Shown one piece after another: positions 62,420-64,000 of a DNA stretch of 64,000 nt (positions within the stretch are counted from its first letter, which is position 1; each line of letters opens with the position of its first letter). The stretch is from Vitrella brassicaformis CCMP3155 (lineage: Eukaryota > Protista > Chromerida): the NCBI GenBank assembly GCA_001179505.1, contig CDMY01000265.1, positions 78,455 through 142,454 on the forward strand. Direction: 5' to 3'. Both the position numbers and the translations under genes were made by a program. Below the pieces are notes generated by a model. That model worked only from the letters and a program-made list of their open reading frames with translations. It was not told the DNA's origin and searched no databases.

Positions 62420-62950
62420 TGATTCACGCACGCCACGCCACGCCGATGTGTGTGTCCTCTGAGGTCTGTTTCCTGTGTATGTGCTTCTGTTGTGTGCATT
62501 TTTCAACTCGTGTCTCGTGCAAAAGGCATGTGTATGTGCTGGTGTTGGCTCTTTGTATGCGCGTTGTCGTGCACTCGTTGTTCTTTTTCGTTGGTGTGTG
62601 CTCGCTGCACGGGTGGTGGTGGGCCGTGTGCAGGTAGTCGTGCACTTGTTATGTTTTGTGTGTTGTGTGTCGTGTGTCGTGATGCATGTGTGCGTGTGGT
62701 ACCTGTTGGTGGTGGTAAGTGTGCTCGCCTGCACCTATGCACTGAGTCGTGGTTCTTTTTCGTTGCCGTGGTGGCGGGTTGGTTTTTGTGGTTGGTTGAA
62801 TGCGTGATCGTCGGTGTCGTATGTGTTGGTTTTGTGTGCTCGCCTGCACTTACATATGTATGCGCGCGTAGTCGTGCGGCATCGTGTGCTCGCTGCACAA
62901 AGGGGGTATGTAGTGCGGGTTTTGTTGTGGTGCTTAGGGCCATGATGAAT
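62420..62950. repeat. Degenerate G/T-rich strand-biased repeat tract
   Basis: GTGTGCTCGC(C)TGCAC at 62596, 62719, 62834 and 62884, and GT(A/T)GTCGTGC variants at about 62563, 62634 and 62868. Confidence 0.65.
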
Positions 62951-64000
62951 GAATGAGCAAGCTGGGGGGTCTGTCTAACGCAGAAAATGGGTTTACTGGT
63001 ATAGCAAGCAACTGGCTGGCGACAGAGTGTTAGTGCGCTAGGGACCGACCCACTCACACACACAAGCTGCCTCGATTGTAGGTGTGCAGTGGATCGGTTA
63101 GGCTGACCGGGTGAGTGGGGGCGGGGATAAGGGGGAGGGCGGTCAACTGGCTCACCACACAGTGACTTCCGCCGCCAGATGCCACGGCACTGGCTGGCTG
63201 GGGTCTGGCTGGTTGGTTGACTGGCTCCCTGCCCACCCATTCTATAAACACATACATGCTGTTCGCGACCTCATTTTCTCTCCCCTGCATACCCTACGTA
63301 CATGTCAGGCCTGGTCATCTGCCAGAGACACACAGAGGCACACAGGTCATCTGCACGCACTGACACGGGAGGCATTCCTCCGTTTTCATGTCTCTATGTG
63401 TTTTTGTGTGCAGCGGACCCAGATGGCAGTTCTCACAGTACGGACAGACAGCGGATGTGTATCGCCAGAAGTCGCACATGCCCTTTTTGGTGTGGTGTGG
63501 TGTGCCGTTGGTTGTGCGTACGATCATCTCAGCACATGGAGAGTTTCCGTTTCCACCGATGTCATCTTGTGACCAGGCCACTGACACTTGTACTGACAAA
63601 GGTATGTATATGCCTATGTACACACGACCCGCACACAATCTGACTAGTGTGCAGCTGATGTGTCAATGCTGCGTCTTGGTCCAGGACATTGTGTCCGTGA
63701 GGCAATGAAGGAAAAATGATCCAGCGAGAGACACAGAGACACACAAAGGTGATATATCACGACTTACAAGCTTTTCTTTCTCCCCTTCATAAGTAAGCCG
63801 TGCATGTGTATGCATGTACAGATGCGCCGAATGGAGTATCCCAGTGAATGTACGGAAGGAGAGCAGAGCAGCGTGAGTGTGAATGTCTTTCATGCTTCTG
63901 TGCCAATGCACAGGACACGCACGTCAAACTGCCACTTTCGCACACCACCTCCGCGAGCAAGCGAATGATGTTCCACGGAAGGTAGGCGCGTGATTTGATT

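Noticed and set aside
62384-63911. Many His/Thr-rich or Val/Cys-rich ORFs at the window end
   Set aside because: They are translations of CA/GT low-complexity DNA without credible exon structure.
1-64000. tRNA, rRNA, snRNA, CRISPR arrays, intact LTR/LINE/DNA transposons
   Set aside because: I found no cloverleaf or T-loop context, rRNA-like tract, regular repeat-spacer array, or RT, integrase or transposase motifs by eye; small RNAs could be missed without covariance models.

Overview
This is gene-dense, GC-rich eukaryotic nuclear DNA with many short GT-AG introns (about 60-110 nt) filled with (TG)n, (TGTC)n, (CAGA)n and (GATG)n microsatellites. That style, a bipartite plastid-targeting leader and an apicomplexan-type Romo1 point to a chromerid alveolate such as Vitrella brassicaformis (inference). 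Most ORFs in the supplied track are intron read-throughs or antisense shadows, so I assembled the genes by hand from splice sites; exon borders are approximate and family calls rest on remembered motifs, not database searches. Recognisable genes: a GH16+LamG glycanase, an RluA-type pseudouridine synthase with a degenerate catalytic motif, two bacterial-type GH97 glycosidases, a Wss1/WLM metalloprotease, a very large coiled-coil/ASH-domain protein, a plastid-targeted unknown, an FMN 2-hydroxy-acid oxidase, Romo1/Mgr2, an FBXO9-like F-box protein, a coiled-coil protein, two atypical kinases and a pseudokinase-rhodanese fusion. The most novel-looking items are: (1) a roughly 1,600-aa secreted protein built from degenerate helical repeats with RRRL motifs, plus a 2.7-kb pseudogenised copy 45 kb downstream; (2) an unannotated N-acylated gene family with three dispersed members sharing exon structure; (3) a kinase family with a short activation segment and no APE motif; (4) two GH97 paralogues that share only one intron; (5) repeated tight head-to-head gene pairs. 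I saw no tRNA, rRNA, CRISPR array or intact transposon. There is one 300-N assembly gap.
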